Shown here: piece by piece, positions 39,564-48,892 of the stretch | Position numbering within the stretch: position 1 is the stretch's first letter | Layout of the letters: each line of letters opens with the position of its first letter | Position numbers and translations under genes: made by a program | Notes under the pieces: generated by a model | Told to the model about the DNA's origin: nothing | Databases searched by the model: none | What the model saw: only the letters and a program-made list of their open reading frames with translations | Source: Candidatus Babelota bacterium | Lineage (GTDB): Bacteria > Babelota > Babeliae > Babelales > Vermiphilaceae | Direction: 5' to 3' | NCBI GenBank assembly: GCA_023382795.1 | Contig: JAHDWT010000004.1 | Location: forward strand, 42,650-106,649 | DNA: 64,000 bases

Positions 39564-39938
39564 GTGAATTTCTTAATGTCTTGCGCGGCTTTACTTGGAG
39601 GCTCCTTCGGCGTGCTCATTCGTTTCGCCCTCATCCAATATCGCGAGATATGTCTACTGTATACGCCACTTCAACTACCAACCTTGCTCGTAAATATCAT
39701 CGGGGCATTCATAGCCGGTCTTCTATTTCCCAAACTTTCTTGTACCGGAACGATGTACTCATTTTTTATTATCGGCCTTTGTGGTGGTATGACAACGATG
39801 TCCACTTGCGCGCTAGAAAGCTATCTTTTTATAAAACAAGGAGATTATCTCTTCGGTTTGACCAATGCAACTATCAACCTAACCCTCTCCATATTGTTGG
39901 TAGCTCTCGGAACCACTTTATCCACTAAATATCTATGA
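39564..39938 (+). CDS. crcB: fluoride ion channel CrcB/FluC
   Basis: 124 aa with four TM segments. GGSFGVLIRF and GLCGGMTTMST motifs. GTG start preceded by AAGGA. Confidence 0.85.
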   Translation: MNFLMSCAALLGGSFGVLIRFALIQYREICLLYTPLQLPTLLVNIIGAFIAGLLFPKLSCTGTMYSFFIIGLCGGMTTMSTCALESYLFIKQGDYLFGLTNATINLTLSILLVALGTTLSTKYL

Positions 39939-40924
39939 TTACCACACGACATTCCACCACAAATCCTTTGCAACAATCACTTATCCAAGAACATATCACG
40001 CTCAAAGATAAAAATTGGTTTCAAACAGGCGGCGTAAGCCACTATTTTGCCGAACCCACGACGATACAAGAATTTAGCCAAGCTCTCCTTTTTTCCCAAG
40101 AAAATAAGATCCCTCTATTTATTCTCGGGCAAGGAGCAAATATTCTGGTCAGTGATCATGGTTTTGATGGTTTAACCATTAGGCCTCGCCTTAACGCCAT
40201 ATCACATAAAGAACAGGGTGATACGGCGCTTGTGCATGCACAAGCAGGTGTGACTATACACGATCTTATTGAATATTGCTTGAATCACCACATTATCGGA
40301 CTTGAAGAATTTAGTGGTATTCCAGGAACCGTAGGCGGCTCTGTCTACATCAATCTCCACTATTTCCAGTTCTTTTTGGCCCAATTTCTCCATAAGGCCA
40401 CGGTGATGCATCGAGCTGACGGCACCATACACCAAGTATCTAAAGAATGGTTCAATTTTGGTTACGATACCTCCACGCTTCAACAACAAGAATTTTACTT
40501 GGTAGATGCCACTTTTATACTCAAAAAAACTTCCGCTTTAGAAGCCATGTATGCACGAGGCAGACGCGCAGAAATCATACGACATCGCCTGGCACGCTAT
40601 CCTTCCACACACACATGTGGCAGTTTTTTTAGAAATTTTCATCCAGATGAGGTCCCTTATTTTATTGAAGGCTCATCTAAAAAACTTATTTTTGTCGCCT
40701 ATTATTTGGACAAAATTGGCGTAAAGGGATCACTGCGCGTTGGAAATGCCGCCGTATCTCACCAACATGCAAACATGCTGATAAATATTGGTGATGCGAC
40801 ATCACACGATATCATTACTCTTGCCCGTACTATGCAGGAGCTGGTATATGAGAAATTTGGCATTTTACCGCAACCAGAATGTCAATTAATCGGTTTTCAT
40901 GAATATCCATTGCTTACGATATGA
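39935..40924 (+). CDS. murB: UDP-N-acetylenolpyruvoylglucosamine reductase
   Basis: FAD-binding domain (ILGQGANILVSD, GIPGTVGGSVYIN) and a C-terminal MurB domain. 4-nt overlap with crcB. Confidence 0.9.
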   Translation: MITTRHSTTNPLQQSLIQEHITLKDKNWFQTGGVSHYFAEPTTIQEFSQALLFSQENKIPLFILGQGANILVSDHGFDGLTIRPRLNAISHKEQGDTALVHAQAGVTIHDLIEYCLNHHIIGLEEFSGIPGTVGGSVYINLHYFQFFLAQFLHKATVMHRADGTIHQVSKEWFNFGYDTSTLQQQEFYLVDATFILKKTSALEAMYARGRRAEIIRHRLARYPSTHTCGSFFRNFHPDEVPYFIEGSSKKLIFVAYYLDKIGVKGSLRVGNAAVSHQHANMLINIGDATSHDIITLARTMQELVYEKFGILPQPECQLIGFHEYPLLTI

Positions 40925-41598
40925 CAAACGAATTTATTTTTGTTATTCACTCCTCACTCCTTAGTCTTTTTGTGCTAATCGCCTTGTTTCTAGGTAAAGA
41001 AGCACTTGTGGCACTTATATGCCTTTATGGTGTTTTGGCAAATCTCTTTGTAACCAAGCAAATATTATTTTTTAGTTTTGACGCAACGGCTTCTGATGCT
41101 TTTACCGTCGCCGCAATTCTTGGTCTTAACATGTTACAAGAATTTTTTGGTGCAGCTGCATCTAAACGCGCCATATGGATCAACTTTTTATGCTTAGGCG
41201 CCTACACGGTGGCCTCTCAACTCCATCTTTGGTACACGCCTCACGTACTGGATTACACACACGGTCACTTCTGCGCACTTCTTACCGTAATGCCACGTAT
41301 TGCACTCGCTTCCATCAGCGTATTTTTGTTCGTACAATACATTGATCGAGCATTGTACGGCTTGATGCAACGCCAGTTTGGCTCTCGCTACTTCTTGATG
41401 CGCAACAGCATTGCTTTGATACTTTGCCAATTACTCGATACCGTGTTATTTAGCTTGCTAGGACTCTGGGGCATTGTTGAACACGTTTGGCACATAATCA
41501 TCATAAGCTATGCGGTGAAATTACTCGCCATAAGTATTACCAGCCCTTGGCTTATGCTGGTCAATCGATTTTATAAACGTTCATCTGAAAGACAATAA
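40921..41598 (+). CDS. yhhQ: YhhQ/VUT-family queuosine-precursor (7-deazapurine) transporter
   Basis: Six TM segments. DUF165-like blocks NMLQEFFGAAASKRAI and LILCQLLDTVLFSLLG. 4-nt overlap with murB. Confidence 0.75.
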   Translation: MTNEFIFVIHSSLLSLFVLIALFLGKEALVALICLYGVLANLFVTKQILFFSFDATASDAFTVAAILGLNMLQEFFGAAASKRAIWINFLCLGAYTVASQLHLWYTPHVLDYTHGHFCALLTVMPRIALASISVFLFVQYIDRALYGLMQRQFGSRYFLMRNSIALILCQLLDTVLFSLLGLWGIVEHVWHIIIISYAVKLLAISITSPWLMLVNRFYKRSSERQ

Positions 41599-41610
41599 TT
41601 CCACGCTCTG

Positions 41611-42156
41611 TTATTTCATCTTTGCGCCTTCAAACACACAGTCTTTCCCGGGCATGAGCGCTTGAATGGCGTAGTTGTACTTATTATTTTGATCAATGTA
41701 AATTGTCATACAATAATTAGAGCCCGAAATACCAAGTAATTGTCCTGTGCGCTTTTGCAGTAGCTCGTCCATCATGACAACCCATGTCCCATTTTCTGAA
41801 CAATCACATTCAATCTTGATGCGCGTAAAATACACACCGGCTTCTGCTTCAAGAGGATTAAAATAAGCTGAAAGCCAATCCTGATCTCCTGGCTTGAGCT
41901 CCTTAGTGCTCGTTTTAACCCAACTATTAAGACCTTTAAATTCGTAGTACAACGTAACCCGAATGGGATATGCGGAATTATTACTGATTCCCATACCGCC
42001 AAGAGAAATCTGTCCGGTTTTTTCCTGGATAGGAGCAATAATCTTCTCTTTAAACCAATCACCTACCGCACCCAAAAAATCTGCCTGCACAATACCGGTC
42101 ACAACGAGCACACCAACGAACCAAACATGACGCATGTTATTTAGAGCAACTTTCAT
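41611..42156 (-). CDS. hypothetical exported beta-rich protein (partner of the giant upstream gene)
   Basis: The ATG at 42156 follows AAGGGGA. Signal peptide (VWFVGVLVVTGIVQA). It lies 37 nt downstream of the 42193 stop on the same strand. Confidence 0.55.
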   Translation of the reverse strand: MKVALNNMRHVWFVGVLVVTGIVQADFLGAVGDWFKEKIIAPIQEKTGQISLGGMGISNNSAYPIRVTLYYEFKGLNSWVKTSTKELKPGDQDWLSAYFNPLEAEAGVYFTRIKIECDCSENGTWVVMMDELLQKRTGQLLGISGSNYCMTIYIDQNNKYNYAIQALMPGKDCVFEGAKMK

Positions 42157-42192
42157 AGTTTTCCCCTTCTTTGATCTCACTTTTTTTGCACT

Positions 42193-45100
42193 TCACCGTG
42201 GCTGTGGAGCTTGTCGATCAGGAACTACAGGCCTTTCGGTCAATGAAATTGCGTCTTTCACCTGACTCTCAAATCCGGCGAAAAACTCCTTCCACGCGGT
42301 ATCAATAACTTCATCAATAATGGTCAGAATGCTTGCAGCAACATCAATAAGGTTAATTTGTCCAACATTCAATATCTTTTCTTGTCCTAAAATGGTAGCG
42401 TGAATTTCTGGTGTTTTAAGATAACCACCAAGGGCATCCTGCAACGTGCCCTTCCATACGATTGATTGGATAGAGACAAGCTTTTCAAGACTTTCTGTAG
42501 TAGTAATCCCAGCACCCAAAAGTGCATTTCCAATTTCTTTAATATGGGCAGGCGCATCAACACGCTGCAGAAAATCGGTAACGAATTTTGTTATTGGCAG
42601 TTTGATCTTGTCTATCTGTTCCTTGACAAATAGTTCAATTTCTCGGTCAAATCTTTCTCGTAACTTACTAAGCTCTTCTTTGACCGCTTTGGCAATAGTG
42701 TTCTTTATGACCAACTCTATATAAATGTCTTTAGGATCAGGCTGCTGAACGAGCATGCGCACTGTTGGAATTGTTCCGTGTAGCTGAGCTTCATAGAGTC
42801 CTTTAACTTTAGTATTTAGATCGAAAACCCCACCTTCTTGGCGTAGCTCTATGTCCGCTTTCCCCTTGATATCTTTTCCTAAACTCATTTCCCCAGATAC
42901 CACGAGCCTCTGATCGAAAAGACTAAGTTCACCATCAATAATGGGATCCCCTTTCTCGCAATCACTTGCTGACTGAGTAACATTTTGCAGATTCTGCATG
43001 TTGGTTTGTATGCCTGGTATAAAGAAACCTCCGCTCCTTTGTCGAGTTTGTGCTTGCCCAAATTTTGCGTTGAATTCTGCAAGCTCTTTATTGCTACACG
43101 CGACAAAATAGTTAGGATCCGAAGCACAGTGAAGACCCGTAAAGGTAAACAATCCATTACCTATGCTAATGCGCGGCATCTTAGCTTTTATTATTATTCC
43201 TCTTGCCCAGTCCATGCCCATCACAAAACACACTTCCTTACCAAAAAGCTCCATGGCTCCGGCTGCACCAAGTCCCTGGTCAGCAGTAATAGACCCTATT
43301 TTTGATCCAAGCGGCACAAATTTTAACGCCACCCGATTCAGTTTTATCGGTATAAGATTCTTACTATCTGGTTGTAAAAAGATGCTACCTCGCACTTGTT
43401 GCGCAACAAAATTAATCAGATCAATAAGGGTTATAGGTTGGTCAATAACAAGATCTAATCCGAAATTTGAAAAATCTTTTCCTATATTTAAAAATATTTT
43501 GGCGCAAATAATGTTTTCATCGATAATGTCTTTGGTACCGCACCGTGCACGCGCAAAAAGTTGTTTGCTGAAAATTTGTTCTTTGAGCGTGACTTGTTGT
43601 TGAGTGGTAAGATTTTGATACCGTTTTTCTTGGAGTAATTTCTGATACTCTGCCTGCACCAAGCTTTCTAGTTGGGCTCGCACCCCTGCATCACGTGCTC
43701 CAGCTTTTAAAAATGCGGCCTCACCGGCAAGGCCAATATCAGTGGGTAAAAATAAGACCGCAAGCCATGCAAATGCCGCATCAGCAGCACTAACGCCTGC
43801 AGAAGCAACCGCGCCTACTGTTGCGCGAACTGCATTTTCAAACGTAGGATAATCCTGTGACCATGATGCTCCCAGATCGCCAAATGCAAATCCCTTGATA
43901 CCAAATGGCTCGGTCCAAATATTTACCATAGAGGTTGAAAACCCAACTTTTTGTGGCGTGAAATCAACACTACCATCAAGCTCCAAAGGATCTGCACCTT
44001 GCACCGGTATAACCGTAAGACCAGTGGTGATACCAAGTGATGGTAGGCCAGTCAATTTCATACCAAACCTACCCGCTTTTAAGCGTGCATTGGCGCCAGC
44101 ACTCACAGGTAATGTTATTTCAATATTTCCTGTACCCAACCCTACAAAAAGACTACTATTTCTCATATTGCCAGGACGAATCGTTCCTTGTAATAAAAGG
44201 TTTGCGAGCTGAGTTTTATCAAATTGACCCACCTGTAGCAATTCCCATAAAGGCTTGAGTAGTGTATTGGACTGTAGTGAACTAATATCAAATCCCACAT
44301 CAGCCATAACACTAATTCCCTTTTCATACGTTTTTTCATTAAGGATGGTTTTGTCTGACGCTACTACGAGACGTAGTAACTTAATACGAATGGTATCAAA
44401 CGCATCTTTTAAAAGCCCTAATGCACGTTCTTCATCTGAGGTCAACCGCACAGGCAATTGATTGAAAAAGTTTGGCATCACGCGCGCCAGACTCGCTACA
44501 CCAGGAAAATTTCTTACTGCTCCATCGAGCACAATTGTTGGTTTTTTTCCAGGACTCACGGCTATCTGAGCAACGGTTCTTACACGAGTTTGCAAAATAT
44601 CGTTATTTTTTATGTCCTCTGCAGCAACACCAAGCAATTCTCCCAATAACGTCTGACCCTCAACTTGCAGAGATCCAACAATTCCCTGCTTTTGGATATA
44701 ACCTAATGAACTCGTCACTTTTATCGGCCCTAATTTTACGGCATTAAGCTTTCCACCAAATACCAAATCTTTATCTTCTATATCCTTAAAGGGATAAAAT
44801 TCATCTGTTTCAGCCGATACAGAGATTTCTATTTTATTTGTACGCTCCTGACTTTCTTTACCTTCCTGATTTCTTTTTTTAATCATTTCATCAGGATTGA
44901 AAACAAGATCAGTTTTAACCTTGAGACCAGCTACCTCAATTCCCGTGATGGACAAATGCATGCGCTTGTCACTATCAATTTGGCCGTGAGCTCTTATCGC
45001 TTCAGGAGAAAATTCTGCAAAGCTACCAAAAATCCGATCAAGTCCAACAATACCCATATCATCAAAGGTTAACTGAAAAGCTGGTCGCTGCTTCTTATCA

Positions 45101-45873
45101 GTTTTTAACGCTTCAGTTTGCTTCTCTTCATCAGCTCCCTGAATACGCATTTTAATGGTAAAAGATCCAGTAAGTGCGATACGCTCAAAATCTGTTCCAC
45201 GTAATGTTGGATCAAACGCCACTAGAGGAATGCCATCACTACTTTTACATTTCATCACCAGATAGCCATTGTCGAATCCAAAAGTTACTTGAACTTGATT
45301 ACCCGCTAGCGTGGCCTGAGCACTCGCACTAACCACCACACTCCCATCATCATTGTGCCCATATGAAAAATTAAACTTCTGAATCTGCATACTCAACGTA
45401 TCAGTCAAAGGCAACTCAACAGAACTTTGATCTCTGATCTTAACGTGAAAATCTTTGATGAAAAATTTTGGCTTCTTGGTCGGATCAAACACCTCATCTG
45501 ATAGTTTAAAATTTACTAATTCCATCGTGATTGGACCAACATCATGCCATTTGTCCAAAAAGCCTAATCGCGTGCTTACCGTTAACCCGTCATAACTAAA
45601 AGAGACACGTGCTTGTTGCAAAGAAAAATCACCTAACGCGAGCTTATCAAGCTGCCTCAGCCCCAAAGAACTCACATTGCTCTGTTTATCGGTCTGATAA
45701 ACAAATTCGAGTGTACCAAACCATGGGGCTTCAACACGCTGTATCACATCAAAGGGATAGACTGCAACGCGCTCATGATCTTGCGCATATACTTTTGTTT
45801 CCAAATAGCCCAACACTATTGTACCAACGATCAATGTGCGCAACACCGCCTGGAACAACAAGCCTGCTTTCAT
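42193..45873 (-). CDS. giant (about 1226 aa) exported/anchored orphan protein, beta-rich with a helical C-terminus
   Basis: The ATG at 45873 follows GGGAG. N-terminal hydrophobic segment (LLFQAVLRTLIVGTIVLGYL). Long stretches show an alternating beta-strand pattern. An Ala/Gly-rich hydrophobic core (AVASAGVSAADAAFAWLAVLFLP) is present. The last ~200 aa are K/E-rich and helical. Confidence 0.7.
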   Translation of the reverse strand: MKAGLLFQAVLRTLIVGTIVLGYLETKVYAQDHERVAVYPFDVIQRVEAPWFGTLEFVYQTDKQSNVSSLGLRQLDKLALGDFSLQQARVSFSYDGLTVSTRLGFLDKWHDVGPITMELVNFKLSDEVFDPTKKPKFFIKDFHVKIRDQSSVELPLTDTLSMQIQKFNFSYGHNDDGSVVVSASAQATLAGNQVQVTFGFDNGYLVMKCKSSDGIPLVAFDPTLRGTDFERIALTGSFTIKMRIQGADEEKQTEALKTDKKQRPAFQLTFDDMGIVGLDRIFGSFAEFSPEAIRAHGQIDSDKRMHLSITGIEVAGLKVKTDLVFNPDEMIKKRNQEGKESQERTNKIEISVSAETDEFYPFKDIEDKDLVFGGKLNAVKLGPIKVTSSLGYIQKQGIVGSLQVEGQTLLGELLGVAAEDIKNNDILQTRVRTVAQIAVSPGKKPTIVLDGAVRNFPGVASLARVMPNFFNQLPVRLTSDEERALGLLKDAFDTIRIKLLRLVVASDKTILNEKTYEKGISVMADVGFDISSLQSNTLLKPLWELLQVGQFDKTQLANLLLQGTIRPGNMRNSSLFVGLGTGNIEITLPVSAGANARLKAGRFGMKLTGLPSLGITTGLTVIPVQGADPLELDGSVDFTPQKVGFSTSMVNIWTEPFGIKGFAFGDLGASWSQDYPTFENAVRATVGAVASAGVSAADAAFAWLAVLFLPTDIGLAGEAAFLKAGARDAGVRAQLESLVQAEYQKLLQEKRYQNLTTQQQVTLKEQIFSKQLFARARCGTKDIIDENIICAKIFLNIGKDFSNFGLDLVIDQPITLIDLINFVAQQVRGSIFLQPDSKNLIPIKLNRVALKFVPLGSKIGSITADQGLGAAGAMELFGKEVCFVMGMDWARGIIIKAKMPRISIGNGLFTFTGLHCASDPNYFVACSNKELAEFNAKFGQAQTRQRSGGFFIPGIQTNMQNLQNVTQSASDCEKGDPIIDGELSLFDQRLVVSGEMSLGKDIKGKADIELRQEGGVFDLNTKVKGLYEAQLHGTIPTVRMLVQQPDPKDIYIELVIKNTIAKAVKEELSKLRERFDREIELFVKEQIDKIKLPITKFVTDFLQRVDAPAHIKEIGNALLGAGITTTESLEKLVSIQSIVWKGTLQDALGGYLKTPEIHATILGQEKILNVGQINLIDVAASILTIIDEVIDTAWKEFFAGFESQVKDAISLTERPVVPDRQAPQPR

Positions 45874-46068
45874 GCCAAATCTCCCAATCACGTTATTTAA
45901 TATCAGATAGTCATTTGATAAAAAGTATAAAAACTCTAAGAAAGCAAAAGCAACACTCGTTCTGCAGATACAAAATTTCAGCGATCTACTAAATTATTTA
46001 CAGGCTGGATTTACAATTGATACGCTAAAACCAGAATAATTGAATAGCTTTCAAAAAAGGAAACCGAA

Positions 46069-47781
46069 ATGACAATTCGTCGTTTATCAGCAAAAATATC
46101 TGCTTGCATACTACTTATCCTCGGCTGTATAAACTCTATTAAAGCACTAGAACCGGACGGAGCTCGGCGATTACAACAGACGCTTCTTGCCCTACAAAGT
46201 ATTGATACCATTCAGCACATGCTTGCAAATATTCCAGCACGCTTAAGTCCATTGCTAGATTCTATTCTAAAAAAATACCTTGAGACTCAAGCCTCTAAAC
46301 CAGAAATGGCAGTAATACTTTTGGATCATTTTAGAACTCTTTTAGTAGGCAAAAATTTAAAGGACCGTGATGGCGCGATTTACGACCTGCAAGATTTTAT
46401 CCTCGCAGCACGAGACCTCTTAGAAGCAAGTGGGACAACACTTGACCAAGATAAAGTAACCACCGCCACAAATCTTGTGGTTGGCCTAACTGAAACCATA
46501 AGCATTTTTGAAATGCTTCTCATGCATGCTATTACCATGACCAAACGCACGCCAAAACCAGATAGTGATGATACTAAGTCAAAAAAAGATCAAGATACTG
46601 AAACAACCGATCTCGTCCTGTCACAAACAACTACCCCTTCCTCAGTACCCGCAGAGCCGATAACTGCCAATACTAAACTTTCTCTTGAATTGCGCACTAA
46701 CTTTGCCGACGCCATCCGCATTCTTGGACTTGTTCCTGACGAAAAAATAACTATCGGTAATATCCTTGGCACACCTCAAGACGCGAGCTCTGAAGCATTA
46801 AAGACTGCATTCAAACAATCAGCACTCAAATGGCATCCCGACAAGAACAAAGATAATGTTGAGCAAGCAGAGCGTGTTATGATGCTTATCAATGCCATAA
46901 ATTCGGAATACCTCAGCAATCTAGCTTCAACCACACCAACCCAACCAGCAGAACAACCATCTGATAAACCCATTCTTGCTCTTGAAGGCCCAATGATACC
47001 TAAAAAGGAAACCATAATCTCTCCAGAAATCAAGGAAGGAATGGACAAGATAAAACAAAAGATATTAGCGTTCTTTAAAAAACTTAATGACCAAAAACCA
47101 TCACAGATTATCGGTGCCGCACAAACTATAACCAATACCAGCCTTATAGTACTTAATGGCGCCGCATTCACACCAGCATATAATCAAGAACTCGCCGCTC
47201 TTGGACTTGATCCTATCTCATATGGAACCACCTTTGGTTTAGTACCTTTTGTACAAAACTTGGAATCATTCACCAAACTTGCCAAAAAAAATCTACCCGA
47301 AGCTCTTCAAAAAATGCGCTGTCTCATCAGCAAAAAAGTATCATGCTCTGGTGCCTGTGAAGACAAAAACATAGCGCGCTGCCTCAAGGATGTCTGGGAT
47401 ACCAACCTCTCCTCGCTCGTAACAACGGTTATGCGACCACTTATTGGGGATATTGACCCCACAAATCCAGATAGACGCATTATTGTTGGTATACCGCTCC
47501 TACTTTCCAGCACGATAAATCTTCTGTATCCTGGAATAGAAGAAGCCATCCAAAAATCTAAGGAGGGTATAGAATCCATAGAATCCAAGGAAGGTAAATT
47601 ATTAATCTTGGCAAGAGACGCTGCGTTGCAACTACTAGAACTTCGCATGCTTATTGAACAAACACTCGAATTTATAACATCCGCAGGTTCATCATCTAAG
47701 CAACAGGACTTGGAACAGGCTATCGACCAAACTGAATTTCAGGAAGCATACGAAAACGCAACCCATTATGTTAACCTTTGA
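46069..47781 (+). CDS. signal-peptide-bearing J-domain (DnaJ-like, HPD) protein
   Basis: AAGGA Shine-Dalgarno. N-terminus MTIRRLSAKISACILLILGCINSIKA is Sec or lipoprotein-like. J-domain ILGTPQDASSEALKTAFKQSALKWHPDKNKDNVEQAERVMMLINAINSEYL spans nt 46759-46917, with HPD at 46834-46842. Confidence 0.75.
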   Translation: MTIRRLSAKISACILLILGCINSIKALEPDGARRLQQTLLALQSIDTIQHMLANIPARLSPLLDSILKKYLETQASKPEMAVILLDHFRTLLVGKNLKDRDGAIYDLQDFILAARDLLEASGTTLDQDKVTTATNLVVGLTETISIFEMLLMHAITMTKRTPKPDSDDTKSKKDQDTETTDLVLSQTTTPSSVPAEPITANTKLSLELRTNFADAIRILGLVPDEKITIGNILGTPQDASSEALKTAFKQSALKWHPDKNKDNVEQAERVMMLINAINSEYLSNLASTTPTQPAEQPSDKPILALEGPMIPKKETIISPEIKEGMDKIKQKILAFFKKLNDQKPSQIIGAAQTITNTSLIVLNGAAFTPAYNQELAALGLDPISYGTTFGLVPFVQNLESFTKLAKKNLPEALQKMRCLISKKVSCSGACEDKNIARCLKDVWDTNLSSLVTTVMRPLIGDIDPTNPDRRIIVGIPLLLSSTINLLYPGIEEAIQKSKEGIESIESKEGKLLILARDAALQLLELRMLIEQTLEFITSAGSSSKQQDLEQAIDQTEFQEAYENATHYVNL

Positions 47782-48892
47782 ACTTATTCATCAATCAAAA
47801 AAATCACGCGCTCGTGTTGGGAGAATTCATACCCCACATGGTATCATTGATACACCGAATTTCGTCGCCGTTGGCACCAATGCCACCCTTAAAGCACTCG
47901 ATAGCACCATTGCTGATGATATAGGGCTGCAGCTTATGTTCTGCAACACCTATCACCTCCTTCTACAACCAGGCGCAGAAACTATCGCAAAAGCGGGTGG
48001 CCTCCATAAGTTTATGAATCGAAAAACTCCCATCATCACCGATTCAGGCGGTTTTCAGGTCTTTAGTCTTGCACAAGGTACGGTAGCCGATGAACTGAAA
48101 AGTCGCGGAACCAAAAAATATGAAGGCGGCGTTTTAAAAATTAATGAAGAAGGAGTACTCTTCCGCTCCTATCGTGATGGCCAAAAAATTTTACTTACAC
48201 CTGAAAGTTCGGTAGCTACACAAAAATTACTTGGCGCCGATATCATCATTCCCCTCGATGAATTATTGCCCAATAGCGTTGACCAAAAAACTCTTGAATG
48301 CTCGCTACACCGCACTCATCGTTGGGAAAAACGCTCACTTGATGCCCATCTGGCGCACACCAATAACCAAGCCATGTACGCAGTGATTCATGGTGGCACC
48401 AACCCTGACTTACGCATCATGAGTTGCAAGGTGTTAACCCAACTCCCTTTTGATGGCTTTGCCATAGGTGGATCACTGGGCAAAAATCATCAAGAAATGT
48501 TTGATTTACTCGACCTAGTCATCCCACAACTTCCTGGCGACAAACCTAACCATTTGCTGGGCATAGGTGATCTTAAATCACTTAAAACAGTCATTGAACG
48601 TGGTGTTGATACTATGGACAGCTCTCACCCAACACGTTGTGCACGCCATGGTCTACTATTCACTAAACAGGGTGGCATGAAAATTCTACACCAAAGCAAT
48701 AAAGAGCGCTTTACCGCACCAGAACAAAGTTGTACCTGTTTTGTATGCACCAACTATACTGCTGCGTACCTACACCATCTTTTCAAAGCAAATGAAATGA
48801 CCGGATACACCTTGGCAACCATCCATAATCTTCACTTCATGATGAATCTTATGGCGGAATATAGAGAAAAAATTTTACATGACGAGTTATAA
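47768..48892 (+). CDS. tgt: tRNA-guanine transglycosylase (queuine/preQ1 tRNA-ribosyltransferase) with atypical pocket residues
   Basis: TDSGGFQVFSL, LGIGD and the Zn site CTCFVCTNYTAAYLHH. Co-linear with E. coli Tgt from memory. Deviations: LDEL (not DEC), VIHGG (not IQGG) and GGSLGKN (not GGLAVGE). Confidence 0.9.
   Translation: MLTFELIHQSKKSRARVGRIHTPHGIIDTPNFVAVGTNATLKALDSTIADDIGLQLMFCNTYHLLLQPGAETIAKAGGLHKFMNRKTPIITDSGGFQVFSLAQGTVADELKSRGTKKYEGGVLKINEEGVLFRSYRDGQKILLTPESSVATQKLLGADIIIPLDELLPNSVDQKTLECSLHRTHRWEKRSLDAHLAHTNNQAMYAVIHGGTNPDLRIMSCKVLTQLPFDGFAIGGSLGKNHQEMFDLLDLVIPQLPGDKPNHLLGIGDLKSLKTVIERGVDTMDSSHPTRCARHGLLFTKQGGMKILHQSNKERFTAPEQSCTCFVCTNYTAAYLHHLFKANEMTGYTLATIHNLHFMMNLMAEYREKILHDEL

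Noticed and set aside
42193-45873. Calling the giant protein TamB/AsmA outright.
   Set aside because: Only the general architecture (N-terminal anchor, beta-rich body) fits. The C-terminus is helical and I see no DUF490-like pattern. It is kept as an orphan with a hypothesis in the findings.
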